Shown here: in pieces, positions 1 through 9,112 of the stretch
How the letters are laid out: the number at the start of each line of letters is the position of its first letter
Position numbering within the stretch: the first letter of the stretch is position 1
DNA from: a virus
Taxonomy: Duplodnaviria; Caudoviricetes
Direction: 5' to 3' (one strand)
Length of the DNA stretch: 33,953 bases
IMG/VR virus record: IMGVR_UViG_3300030330_004825
Location: 1-33,953 of that record
Notes under the pieces: generated by a model
Seen by the model: only the letters and a program-made list of their open reading frames with translations
Told to the model about the DNA's origin: nothing
The model's database searches: none
Made by a program: the position numbers and the translations under genes

Positions 1-1
1 T

Positions 2-99
2 CATTATAGCTATATTAATGATAAAGAGGCTTATTTGGCTAAATATGTGGCTCTGGGAGAGCAATACGCAGAAAAAGAGGATAATATAGGCCTACGAAG
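2..99 (+). repeat. Terminal direct repeat, left copy (assembly circularity overlap)
   Basis: 98 nt identical to 33856-33953; base 1 (T) differs from 33855 (C), a synonymous GAT/GAC change. Confidence 0.97.
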
Positions 100-1663
100 C
101 TTTTCAAGAGTTCAAGTGGCCTTTAATCTAATAAATAAATATTTAAATGAAGAAAAAATATCTAAACCTAAAATTTTAGACTTTGCATCTGGAATATGTA
201 ATGAAGCTGTCCAGATGGCTAATAATTTTGAAGCAGAAGTTCACGCAGTCAATATCTCGGAAGCCGAACATGAGCTTGGAGAAAAAATGATAGAAAAATT
301 TTTAAAGAAAGGTGAAGTCCAGCAGATAACTGCCGATTCTCCAGAAAGTTTAGATCATAAATATGACATATTATTTCTAGGGGAAATCTTGGAACATCAA
401 CCTAACCCTAAAAAATTTATCGAGGAGTTTGACCATGTTTTGAAAAAGGGCGCTTTAGTAGTTATAACTGTTCCTTATGGTTTATGGGAAGATGGAAGGC
501 ACGCTCACCTTTGGAATTTTGAAAGATATGACTTAAATTTAATATTTGAGAAAAAAGATGAGGTACAGACTCAAATGGTCAGCGGGGCGTTTAATCATAG
601 TAAACAGGATGCTTTAGGCTGGTGGGTTATAAGCTATAAAGAAAATGGTAAGCCTTGTCAGGAAGTTGATTTTGAGAGAAAACTTTTAGTGCAAAATCCA
701 AGAGAAACTGTTTCTGTTTGTATGATTGTCAAAGATGAGGAAAGTATGCTCCACAGATGTTTAAAATCAGTTATGCCTATAGCCGATGAGATAATTATAA
801 ATGATACTGGATCAACAGATTCGACTGTTGAAATAGCTAAACAATACGGAGCCAAAATAATAAAAGGTGATTCTCCTTTAGAGGTTGGGTTCGATGTAGC
901 TAGAAATGAAACTATAAGTAAAGCAAAAGGCGACTGGATTTTCTGGATAGATGCTGACGAGGAGTTAATAGATAACACTAATGTTTTTAAATATCTTCGA
1001 CCAAATTTATTTAATGGATATTCTATAAAACAACATCATTTTACTGTTGATGCAGGTGAGCAGAAAATAGACACACCTATTAGATTATTTAGAAATGGTC
1101 AAACCATAAGATTTTATGGACGTATACATGAACATCCAGAGTTAGAAGGAAAAATGAATCAAGGTGTTGGAGCATCAACCATATTAGGTGATGTTCATAT
1201 AGCCCACGATGGTTATTTAGCAGAGTCTAGAAGACGAGGAAGATTTCACCGAAATATTAATCTAATGAGAAAAGAGTTTGAGGAAAATCCAGAAAGATTA
1301 TTAACTCAATTTCTGATGCTAAGAGACTATGTTCATGAATCCAGATACGAATGTGAACAAAACCAAGGACAACCAACTCCCTATGCTTTGAAATGCTTAG
1401 AAGCTGCAGTCCAAATATGGAAGGATAAGTTTTCAAGCACACCAAATAATTATGTTTTAGATGCATTGATGTTTTATTCTGAAGCTCTAAGAGTGTTAAA
1501 TAGAGGTCTGGAATATAGATTTAACATCAATGTAGGTAAACAGAATGTACAGCCTGAACGCACTGATCTAGTAGCAAGATTCGAGACTCCAGAGGACTTT
1601 GTCAATTTTATAAAAATGACAATAAACGATAAAGCCGAGCCACACGAAGGCATTTTTGCCTAA
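2..1663 (+). CDS. 3' part of the origin-spanning glycosyltransferase fusion: class I SAM methyltransferase + GT2 (GT-A) + helical/TPR-like tail
   Basis: ILDFASG SAM motif, EILEH and VITVP motifs; SVCMIVKDEE, DTGSTD and IDADE (DxD) GT2 motifs; in frame with the ORF starting at 32656 across the circular junction. Confidence 0.9.
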   Translation, partial: HYSYINDKEAYLAKYVALGEQYAEKEDNIGLRSFSRVQVAFNLINKYLNEEKISKPKILDFASGICNEAVQMANNFEAEVHAVNISEAEHELGEKMIEKFLKKGEVQQITADSPESLDHKYDILFLGEILEHQPNPKKFIEEFDHVLKKGALVVITVPYGLWEDGRHAHLWNFERYDLNLIFEKKDEVQTQMVSGAFNHSKQDALGWWVISYKENGKPCQEVDFERKLLVQNPRETVSVCMIVKDEESMLHRCLKSVMPIADEIIINDTGSTDSTVEIAKQYGAKIIKGDSPLEVGFDVARNETISKAKGDWIFWIDADEELIDNTNVFKYLRPNLFNGYSIKQHHFTVDAGEQKIDTPIRLFRNGQTIRFYGRIHEHPELEGKMNQGVGASTILGDVHIAHDGYLAESRRRGRFHRNINLMRKEFEENPERLLTQFLMLRDYVHESRYECEQNQGQPTPYALKCLEAAVQIWKDKFSSTPNNYVLDALMFYSEALRVLNRGLEYRFNINVGKQNVQPERTDLVARFETPEDFVNFIKMTINDKAEPHEGIFA

Positions 1664-1685
1664 TAAATAAAGAGTTATTTTCTAG

Positions 1686-1754
1686 TTGACAAACACAGTC
1701 CGCAAGCTATAGTTTGGTATGCTTAAAGTTTATAGCATAAGGAGAAGCAAGATG
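1686..1754 (+). promoter_or_regulatory. Sigma70-like promoter + 5' hairpin + shared RBS box (cassette 1)
   Basis: TTGACA 1686-1691, 16 nt, TATAGT 1708-1713; TATGCT/AGCATA stem 1718-1739; GGAGAAGCAAGATG 1741-1754. Confidence 0.8.
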
Positions 1755-1985
1755 AAAGAAACAAAAGGAAAAAAACTTGCAGAAATTCATGAAGAATTCA
1801 TGGAAGCAGGAGCAGACTTACGATTTGCTACAAAAGAACATAAAAAAGTAATCGAAAGTCCCCTGGCTTCAGATACAGAAAAAGAGTTATCAGAACGAAT
1901 TCTAGATTTAATTTCTGAGATGCTTGAAGAAAAAACAGCAAAAAGTCTTAAAGCAACTGAAGCTGTACTAAAAAGTGCAGATTAA
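1752..1985 (+). CDS. Hypothetical helical protein (77 aa), early-type cassette
   Basis: ATG at 1752 follows a strong SD; the track's 1719 start lies inside the leader hairpin. Confidence 0.75.
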   Translation: MKETKGKKLAEIHEEFMEAGADLRFATKEHKKVIESPLASDTEKELSERILDLISEMLEEKTAKSLKATEAVLKSAD

Positions 1986-2002
1986 AAAATAAAAAGGAGT
2001 TA

Positions 2003-2039
2003 GCCAGTCTCCACAAAACTGGCAAGGAGAAACAAAATG
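2003..2039 (+). promoter_or_regulatory. Hairpin + shared RBS box
   Basis: GCCAGT/ACTGGC stem 2003-2023 followed by AAGGAGAAACAAAATG. Confidence 0.7.
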
Positions 2040-2567
2040 CAAAACAATAATTACATAGAGGGAGCAGAGCTAAAAGCTTTTAAAGCTACTCAAAAACTAA
2101 GCAGAGAAACTATCCACTTCACTGCTAAAATATATTATAAAGGAAAACACATAGCTGATGTTTTCAATGACGGGGGCGGAGGCTCGCATCAGATTGACAT
2201 GATAGATTATGAACTTGGTCAAGAGATGAAAAAAGAGATTCTAAAATTACCTCTTTATGAGTTTAGCAAAGAATTTGCCACACCTTGGGACTGGGAACTC
2301 TGGATAACTCAAGAGGTTAGCAAGCACTTATTACAGGAAGATTATAAGAGTGCGCTGAGAACTATGAAAAAGAAACTTCTACTTTATAACGAATATGACA
2401 ATGAATTTTACACTTTTGCTAAACTTCCTGGATTAGATTATGAATCAGAGAAAACTAAAAAGATGGCTTATAAAGAATTTGGCAAAGAATATCAAATTCT
2501 AAACTATATGAGCAAAGAAGAGGTTAACGAAATACAACGCAGTCACAGAGATAGACTGTATAAATAA
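2037..2567 (+). CDS. Hypothetical phage protein (SRET..F.A.IY..GK.IA...NDG.GG motif)
   Basis: 176-aa ORF with a strong SD; motif seen in uncharacterised phage proteins. Confidence 0.8.
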   Translation: MQNNNYIEGAELKAFKATQKLSRETIHFTAKIYYKGKHIADVFNDGGGGSHQIDMIDYELGQEMKKEILKLPLYEFSKEFATPWDWELWITQEVSKHLLQEDYKSALRTMKKKLLLYNEYDNEFYTFAKLPGLDYESEKTKKMAYKEFGKEYQILNYMSKEEVNEIQRSHRDRLYK

Positions 2568-2572
2568 ATTTT

Positions 2573-2650
2573 AGGGCAACGAGTTAAAGACACATCCGAG
2601 AGGGTAAAGGTGGTTGCAAACATCAAGGTCGCTGGGTTGCCCTTTTATTT
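2573..2650 (+). ncRNA. Candidate structured RNA/terminator (multi-branch, GNRA loops)
   Basis: AGGGCAAC 2573-2580 pairs with GTTGCCCT 2636-2643, then a T tract; internal ATCC-GAGA-GGGT and GGTG..GCAA..CATC hairpins. Confidence 0.5.
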
Positions 2651-2676
2651 TGTCGCCTCTATGATAAAATAAAAAT

Positions 2677-3174
2677 ATGCCAACCTATACAAACGTAAAT
2701 AATGTTTTAGAGCTTTATCCACGAATCGGAAGTTATTCTGTTATTACTTCCGCAACTCTAGCTTTTAATATTGACCAGGCAGAAAACGAAATTAACGGCT
2801 ATTTGAGCAATAACTACACATTACCCTTCTCTTCCAGCCCTCCGATGATTACAACTTTAGCGACTGAATACACAGTCGTAAAAATATTATTAAGATTTTT
2901 TACACAAGAGGTTGGCTCTAGAAACGACTATGTTAGCGAAAGACGCAACTATGTCTTTGATATGCTAGATAAAATAAATAGTGGAGATATCGGTCTTACA
3001 ACTTCATCTGGTGATTTAATAACTTATAACTCTGGAGATACTATTTTCTCTAACACTATGACTTATGATCCCACTTTCACTATGCTAGATGAAACTTTAC
3101 AGCAGATAGATTCCGACAGATTGGATGATGAATTTGATGCTGTAAGCGACCAAGAATATAATCCTTATTACTGA
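2677..3174 (+). CDS. Head-tail adaptor, Mu gp36/DUF1320-like
   Basis: Y..., I..AE.EINGYL...YTLP, L..I..G pattern; position after the head genes. Confidence 0.75.
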   Translation: MPTYTNVNNVLELYPRIGSYSVITSATLAFNIDQAENEINGYLSNNYTLPFSSSPPMITTLATEYTVVKILLRFFTQEVGSRNDYVSERRNYVFDMLDKINSGDIGLTTSSGDLITYNSGDTIFSNTMTYDPTFTMLDETLQQIDSDRLDDEFDAVSDQEYNPYY

Positions 3175-3596
3175 TGTCAGTTAAAATAACAGGTGTTACT
3201 AAAGTGACTAACATGGTTAAGCAAGTTAGAGTTGCTATATCTAAAAACACGGCTTTAAAGCAGGCAGGCGTTTTAATAGATAACGAGGTTATTCGTTATT
3301 TCATCCAAGGAGGTAATCCAACACGAGGTGGAGCTTGGAAACCAAATAGTCCTGCAACAATAGCCTTGAAAGGAAGCAGTCGACCTTTAATTGATACAGG
3401 CGTTTTAAGAGCTAGCTTTAGAGCTAATGTCACAGGCAACACTTTGAAATTTGGGACACCTGTTGAATATGCAAGAGTTAATGAAGAGGGTGATGGTGTT
3501 CCACAAAGACCTATGTTGCCATCGGATGCAAAAATAATTGAAATAATAAAAAAGCAGTACAATAATTTAATTGATAATATCAATAAAAGGGGATAA
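3174..3596 (+). CDS. Virion morphogenesis/neck protein (Mu gpG-like)
   Basis: WKPNSP.T...KG..RPLIDTG.LR.S, GT.V.YA and P.RP.L motifs. Confidence 0.8.
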   Translation: MSVKITGVTKVTNMVKQVRVAISKNTALKQAGVLIDNEVIRYFIQGGNPTRGGAWKPNSPATIALKGSSRPLIDTGVLRASFRANVTGNTLKFGTPVEYARVNEEGDGVPQRPMLPSDAKIIEIIKKQYNNLIDNINKRG

Positions 3597-3604
3597 GATA
3601 AAAT

Positions 3605-4045
3605 ATGGCCATAATCGACTATCTAGCAGTAGAAAACGCTGTTAAAGATTTACTTGCAGCTGATAGCGACACATCTAGCTTTACAGTTTTAATAGAGCCA
3701 GACTTTGCTGTTAGATCGGATTTTTGCCCTTGCGTCTTGATCTATTTAGATAGCTACGATTCACCAATAGAGGATGAGCTTATTGGTGGCGCTAAGCCTA
3801 TGAGAACGTTTTTGACTCTTGAAATTTGGTGTTATGACTTTAGTTTAGATAATTTGCAAGGCGCAACCGCAAGAGATGTTATGTTAGGAAAGGTAAAAGA
3901 AGTGTTAAAAAATAGTAGAGATTTAAATGGAACTTGTTTGAACACAGCTTTTTTAGGAGGCAACTTTGATAATCAAAAAGAGACAAGTGGATTAGGTTTT
4001 TTAAAAGGTGTCTCTATAAAATTACAGTGTGAAGTACGTGAGTGA
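3605..4045 (+). CDS. Putative tail terminator/completion protein
   Basis: 146 aa, acidic; syntenic position between neck and tail tube. Confidence 0.6.
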   Translation: MAIIDYLAVENAVKDLLAADSDTSSFTVLIEPDFAVRSDFCPCVLIYLDSYDSPIEDELIGGAKPMRTFLTLEIWCYDFSLDNLQGATARDVMLGKVKEVLKNSRDLNGTCLNTAFLGGNFDNQKETSGLGFLKGVSIKLQCEVRE

Positions 4046-4106
4046 TTGCCAAAACACAAAAAAGCAGGCAAAATAAAAGTAGTAGAGTGTGATCTACAAG
4101 GAGTAA

Positions 4107-5066
4107 ATGATGGGTTACGGAATAGGTGGTTATATATCACTAAGTAAACAAAACAGCGCAGGAACAGCAACAACAAATAGAGTTTATATTCCTTTCAAAA
4201 GTGAAAGTTTAACAGAAAATATAGAACAATTACAATCAGAAAATATTTTAGCTAGATTTGACAATCCTAACACTTTAGAGGGTGTTGGAAATATAACTGG
4301 CGATATAGTCTTTGAGCCACATCCTATATATATAGGTCATTTCCTTAGAGGTGTCTGCGGAGGCGTTAGCACTACTTTTTCATCATCTAAAGCTATTCAT
4401 GAATTTTTGCCTGTTCAAACTGACTTTGATGATATTGTCACATTACCTCCTTATACTATAGAAGTTTATAAATCTATAGGATCAGCTTATCAGTATGTGG
4501 ATGGGCAAATTCACACTCTTGCTCTAAATATAACAGGTGGAGCTATTATGGAATGTACAGCGACAGTTCATGCTAGAACAGTTAATCACGTTGCTAAAGC
4601 CACAACTAGTTATATTGATGCCGATCCATTCACTTGGAACGAAACATCCCTTTCAGTAGGAGCAACTGGGAATGGAGAGTTTGAGTCAGCCACTATTACA
4701 ATAACAAATCCTATTGAGGGAGTTGTCACTTTAAACGGCACTAAAACAGAAGCTAAATTAAAAAGGTCTGGCTTTAGAACAATAACTATCAATGGCGACC
4801 AAGATTTTGCAAACCAGACTGAATATAATGCTTTTAGACAACAATCTAGAAGACGATTCATTTTTTCAATAACAGGAGACAGCATCGGTGGAGGTAATAA
4901 TAATTTTATATCTATTGATGCTCCGCAAGTTAATTACACATCCTTTGCTTTTCCTATAGCAGGAGCTGGCAGAATAACAGCATCCTATGAAGGAAACTGC
5001 GAGTTTGATACATCATCAAGCTATGCCGCTAGGATAACAGTACAAAATACACAAACCGCTTATTAA
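4107..5066 (+). CDS. Major tail (tube) protein
   Basis: Ser/Thr/Gly-rich beta protein with YIPFKSESL and G.I.GDI motifs; directly precedes the chaperone and tape measure; start may be ATG 4110. Confidence 0.8.
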   Translation: MMGYGIGGYISLSKQNSAGTATTNRVYIPFKSESLTENIEQLQSENILARFDNPNTLEGVGNITGDIVFEPHPIYIGHFLRGVCGGVSTTFSSSKAIHEFLPVQTDFDDIVTLPPYTIEVYKSIGSAYQYVDGQIHTLALNITGGAIMECTATVHARTVNHVAKATTSYIDADPFTWNETSLSVGATGNGEFESATITITNPIEGVVTLNGTKTEAKLKRSGFRTITINGDQDFANQTEYNAFRQQSRRRFIFSITGDSIGGGNNNFISIDAPQVNYTSFAFPIAGAGRITASYEGNCEFDTSSSYAARITVQNTQTAY

Positions 5067-5077
5067 AGGAGAAGCCC

Positions 5078-5344
5078 ATGAAGCTCGAAATAGCAGATAA
5101 ATCTGTTGAAATAAAACAAGCAAAAGCCAAACATATTCTTGTTATAGAACAAAAACTTAACAAGCCAATATCAAAAATTGGTAGCGATCCATCTTTTAGC
5201 GACTTATTCATCATTTTTTCTGTGGCTGTCACAGCTAATGACTCAACTATTACTGATGACTGGCTAGAAGAAAATGTTGGATTTGAACTCATGCCAAAAA
5301 TGGCGGAGGTCATTCAAGCTTTTTTGGAAATTCCTCAAAGCTAG
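5078..5344 (+). CDS. Tail assembly chaperone (gpG-like)
   Basis: 88 aa between tail tube and tape measure; slippery site near the 3' end. Confidence 0.75.
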   Translation: MKLEIADKSVEIKQAKAKHILVIEQKLNKPISKIGSDPSFSDLFIIFSVAVTANDSTITDDWLEENVGFELMPKMAEVIQAFLEIPQS

Positions 5345-5490
5345 ATAAAAACTTTTATCAAATAGTCGATTTATTTGGTAGTGAATATGGCTGGACTATA
5401 GAGACTATAGAGAACTTAACAGCTGATGAAATACAGCAGTTAATACACATAATAAATAAACGTAATAGACAATCTATTAAGAGACAGTAA
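5320..5490 (+). CDS. -1 frameshift extension of the tail chaperone (gpGT-like, about 137 aa total)
   Basis: T TTT TTG heptamer at 5320-5326; the -1 frame is open to TAA 5488-5490 and reads GNSSKLDKNFYQIVDLFGSEYGWTIETIENLTADEIQQLIHIINKRNRQSIKRQ. Confidence 0.75.
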   Translation, partial: FFGNSSKLDKNFYQIVDLFGSEYGWTIETIENLTADEIQQLIHIINKRNRQSIKRQ

Positions 5491-5499
5491 AATATAACT

Positions 5500-7410
5500 A
5501 TGGCCAACAATATTGAAATAATTATCAAATCTATTGACCAGTCAACAGCTGTCTTAAAAAAAGTAGAAAAAAACACAAGTCAACTATCACAACAGACAGA
5601 TAAGTTAAAAAAATCAAACGAAGAGGTAACTAAAAGTTTTAGTGTTTTAAAAACAGCGGCCATGGCTTATGCTGCTTTTTTAGCTGGAACATTTATTAAA
5701 GATTTAGTATCTGTTGGGCAGCAAATAGAAAGCCTGCAAGTAAGACTGAATGCACTTTTTGGCTCAACTGAAGAGGGCGCTAAAGCTTTCCAGGTGATGA
5801 CAGACTTTGCCAGCAAAGTTCCTTTTTCTCTGGAACAGATTCAGATGGCTTCAGGAAACCTTGCAGTTGTTGCTGATGATGCAGATGATCTAGCTAAATT
5901 ATTACAGATAACAGGTAACGTTGCAGCTACAACAGGGCTTGACTTTAGAACGACAGCTGAACAAATACAGAGGTCTTTTTCTGGTGGTATAGCTAGCGCT
6001 GACATATTTAGGGAAAGAGGCGTTAGGGCTATGCTAGGTTTCGAAGCTGGAGCAACAGTTTCAATAGAGGACACTATAGCAGCTTTTGAGAGAGTTTTTG
6101 GTGAAGGTGGCGAATTTGGAAAAATGACAGACAAATTAGCAAACACCTTTGAGGGTACTCTGTCTATGATTGGGGACTCTGTTTTTAATTTTAAAAGAGT
6201 TATTAACGAAGGGTTTTTTGCTGCAATCAAAGATAATGCACAAGGCCTTTTAAATTTTTTACAAACTAACGCTACAGAAATAGAAAACTTTGCTAGGGTA
6301 GTAGGAACTATTTTAGGACAAGCTGTTAACATATTAGGCAAAGCCTTTGCGATAGTTGCCGATAATGCTGAATTATTACTCAGAGCTTTAGGAGCTCTTA
6401 TTGCTTTAAAAATTGGTAGTTTATTTATCAAATTAGCTCTTGCGATAAGAACAGCAACATTAGCTATGATTAGTTTCAATCTTGCAACTAAACAAAACAT
6501 TTTTTTTGCTATAACTGGTTTATTAATAGCTTTTATAGACAAAATCATTGAGGCTGCTAAATTTTTAATTGATTTAGCAAAAATCTTTTTTGATCTAAAT
6601 GAACAAATGAGAGACACTGAGAAGACTTTAAAAGGTGTCAAAGATGGAGCTGAAAGCGTAGGTGGGAGTTTAGATGGATTAAAAGATAAACCAAATATTG
6701 TGGCTGAAGCATTCAGCGGTGGTTTTAAAGAAGTAATTGAAAGTACTATGGGCTCTGTCGAAACAATAGTCACTGATACAGGTAGAGCTTTTGCACAAAG
6801 TTTTGTCGGAGCTGTCGATGCAGTTGGCGTGGCTTTTGCAGATATGGTTATAGCTATGGACTTTAGCAAAGAAGCATTTAAAAACATATTCAAAGATATG
6901 GCAAGAGAAGTAGTTAGACAAGTTGCAATAATGATAGCTAGATTAGTTGCTTTAAAAGCTATGCAAGTTGCAGTGGGTATGCCTGCTGGCGGAGGTGGGG
7001 GAGGATTTTTATCACAGATTCCTATAGTCAGAGATATCCCAATCATTGGTGGATTGTTTGCTAAGGGAGGAGTAGTTGAAGGTGGATTGAAAGGTTTACC
7101 ATCATTTGCTAATGGTGGTGTGACAACCCAGCCTCAGTTGGCTTTAATAGGAGATAATCCTAATAATAGAGAAGCTGTTGTTCCTTTGCCAGATGGACGT
7201 TCTATTCCTGTTAGTTTGCAAGGTGATGGCGGTGGAGTGCAAACTATAGGGACTATAAATATTTTGCCAAACGCAAATCTAGATCAGGCGCTAATAGATA
7301 AACCTATGTCTTACTGGAAAAACTTCACAGAAAGCAAAATTTTACCAGCTCTTAATTCTCTAGGAAAAAGCGGAGCGACCACAACTTTAAACTTCAAGGA
7401 GTCTAGATAG
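5500..7410 (+). CDS. Tape measure protein
   Basis: 636 aa, Ala/Gly-rich and helical; FAS.VPFSLEQI domain, hydrophobic middle, FA.GGVV and EAVVPLPDGRSIPV C-terminal motifs. Confidence 0.92.
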   Translation: MANNIEIIIKSIDQSTAVLKKVEKNTSQLSQQTDKLKKSNEEVTKSFSVLKTAAMAYAAFLAGTFIKDLVSVGQQIESLQVRLNALFGSTEEGAKAFQVMTDFASKVPFSLEQIQMASGNLAVVADDADDLAKLLQITGNVAATTGLDFRTTAEQIQRSFSGGIASADIFRERGVRAMLGFEAGATVSIEDTIAAFERVFGEGGEFGKMTDKLANTFEGTLSMIGDSVFNFKRVINEGFFAAIKDNAQGLLNFLQTNATEIENFARVVGTILGQAVNILGKAFAIVADNAELLLRALGALIALKIGSLFIKLALAIRTATLAMISFNLATKQNIFFAITGLLIAFIDKIIEAAKFLIDLAKIFFDLNEQMRDTEKTLKGVKDGAESVGGSLDGLKDKPNIVAEAFSGGFKEVIESTMGSVETIVTDTGRAFAQSFVGAVDAVGVAFADMVIAMDFSKEAFKNIFKDMAREVVRQVAIMIARLVALKAMQVAVGMPAGGGGGGFLSQIPIVRDIPIIGGLFAKGGVVEGGLKGLPSFANGGVTTQPQLALIGDNPNNREAVVPLPDGRSIPVSLQGDGGGVQTIGTINILPNANLDQALIDKPMSYWKNFTESKILPALNSLGKSGATTTLNFKESR

Positions 7411-7784
7411 TGAGTATGTTATTAGGATTGCCTAATTCTGGATACGTAACCTTAGATGATACAGCTCAATATGGTTATGAATTTAGCAGAGTTTTAGATA
7501 AAAAAGACATAAGAACAACTGGTGGAAAATTATTCACTTATATAGTTCCTGATGGTCAGTATAGAAGATTTACGATCCCAGCAACTTTTGTTAACTCATC
7601 AGATAGATCGGTCATAAACAGTTTTTTTGTCACTGGAACAGATATAAGATTTATTGAAGATGATACTTTTGCAAATAGTTTTTTCACTGTTAGGATAGTG
7701 GGCATAGAAGAGCCTTTCCAAAATTATGTAAAACCTTATTTTAGACAGTTGTATCAAGGAACTATTACTTTGGAGGAAGTGTGA
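7410..7784 (+). CDS. Putative distal tail protein
   Basis: 124 aa directly after the tape measure, ends ...GTITLEEV. Confidence 0.55.
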   Translation: MSMLLGLPNSGYVTLDDTAQYGYEFSRVLDKKDIRTTGGKLFTYIVPDGQYRRFTIPATFVNSSDRSVINSFFVTGTDIRFIEDDTFANSFFTVRIVGIEEPFQNYVKPYFRQLYQGTITLEEV

Positions 7785-7867
7785 ACAAAAAATTTTGGTT
7801 AGGAATTTTCTGCTATTTTACTGGATTGGTTTGTTTAGTTCAAGGTTTTTGGTTAATATTTTATTAA
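7781..7867 (+). CDS. Small hydrophobic peptide (28 aa), not in ORF track
   Basis: GTG start overlaps the upstream TGA, GGAGG at 7772-7776; MNKKFWLGIFCYFTGLVCLVQGFWLIFY. Confidence 0.45.
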   Translation: MNKKFWLGIFCYFTGLVCLVQGFWLIFY

Positions 7868-7897
7868 TGTTATAATCATAAAGAGGTTTAATTTAGC

Positions 7898-8296
7898 ATG
7901 GCACACATATACGACACTTTTAGACAATTTTTAGCTAACGGAAGCGTTAATCTTGCTACGCAAACTATAGGTATTACTTTAGTTAACACTACTCTTTATA
8001 CTTTTAATGCTGCACACGATCATCTTAATGACATCCCTGTGGCTGCTCGAATAGCATCGACCTCTTTAACTAATGTGCAAGTTTCATCTGGACGTTTAGA
8101 TGCTGATAACATAACTTTAACAGTTGCAGCAAACTCATCTATTAATGGTGTTGTTTTATTTGTTAGCACAGCTAATTCAAGCACATCACCTTTGATGTTT
8201 ATACAATCTGAGGGGGCGACTTTTCCAGTTAATCCAGATGGAGGACAGATAAATATCACTTTCCCTTCTAGTGATCCATTTATATTAAAAATCTGA
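7898..8296 (+). CDS. Minor tail/structural protein
   Basis: G.VNL...TI.I.LV....YTF...H..L.D and DA.N.T motifs typical of a common phage tail protein family. Confidence 0.65.
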   Translation: MAHIYDTFRQFLANGSVNLATQTIGITLVNTTLYTFNAAHDHLNDIPVAARIASTSLTNVQVSSGRLDADNITLTVAANSSINGVVLFVSTANSSTSPLMFIQSEGATFPVNPDGGQINITFPSSDPFILKI

Positions 8297-8799
8297 TGGC
8301 ATTACAAGGGTTAGTAGAAGTAGGAAGTGTAATACAAGTTGTAACATCTAACAAAACAGATACATTTACAACCACATCACCAGCTGAAACAGCTTTTGTA
8401 GACACAGGTCTAAGTGTTTCAATCACACCAAAATTTAGTAATAGTAATATTTTAATTTTATGGAATATGTGTATTGGAGCAACTGCTGATAATGTAACGT
8501 ATATGAAATTACAAAGAGGAACAACTGATATATTACTTGGGGATGCTTCAAGCACTAGAATTAGAATGTCACAAGGACAGGGTGGTGGTTATGCCAGTAA
8601 TTTATGGAAAATTGATGTTGCTGCTGGTTCATTTTTAGATTCTCCAGGAACAATCGCTGCAACAACTTATAGATGGGTTTGGGCAAGTAACGGCTTCGCC
8701 ACATCAACTATGAATAGAAGTGGTCGTGATCATACAACCACAAATGATGAGGATGGTAGAACTGTATCAACAATAACAGCAATAGAGGTAGCAGGATAA
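8296..8799 (+). CDS. Tail fibre/RBP domain protein (paralog of 9113-9736)
   Basis: G.V.QVV...K.DT, D.GLSV.ITP, LDSP and STITAIEVAG motifs. Confidence 0.7.
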   Translation: MALQGLVEVGSVIQVVTSNKTDTFTTTSPAETAFVDTGLSVSITPKFSNSNILILWNMCIGATADNVTYMKLQRGTTDILLGDASSTRIRMSQGQGGGYASNLWKIDVAAGSFLDSPGTIAATTYRWVWASNGFATSTMNRSGRDHTTTNDEDGRTVSTITAIEVAG

Positions 8800-8812
8800 A
8801 AGGAGATAAATT

Positions 8813-9109
8813 ATGACAGATATAATATCAGCAATTTTAGCTTTAGATCCAAATGCACAAGTAAGTGTTCATGGGGAAACTTTAGATGGAATCACTTGGC
8901 ATGATGGCAATCCGAACAATATTACTGATGAGCAGATAACTGCTAAACAAGTAGAATTAAAAACAATCTATGATTCTTTACAATATCAAAGAGATAGAAA
9001 AAAAGAATACCCAAGCATTGAAGACCAATTAGATGACTTGTATCATAATGGTATTGATGGTTGGAAAACAACTATTAAAGCAGTAAAGGACAAATATCCA
9101 AAGGAGTAA
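8813..9109 (+). CDS. Fibre-associated small protein (probable chaperone)
   Basis: YQRDR..EYPSI.DQLD.LYH..IDGWK..IKAVKDKYPK motif, typically found downstream of fibre genes in marine phages. Confidence 0.7.
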   Translation: MTDIISAILALDPNAQVSVHGETLDGITWHDGNPNNITDEQITAKQVELKTIYDSLQYQRDRKKEYPSIEDQLDDLYHNGIDGWKTTIKAVKDKYPKE

Positions 9110-9112
9110 ATA

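Noticed and set aside
1-99. Biological direct terminal repeats
   Set aside because: The overlap falls mid-gene and its length fits an assembler k-mer overlap
5841-7046. 401-aa minus-strand ORF and the other antisense ORFs in the track
   Set aside because: Shadows of + strand genes, with no RBS, promoter or motifs; only 16360-16740 is credible on the minus strand
5500-7410. Apparent excess of AGCT as a methylation signature
   Set aside because: Largely explained by GCT alanine codons following A-ending codons in Ala-rich proteins
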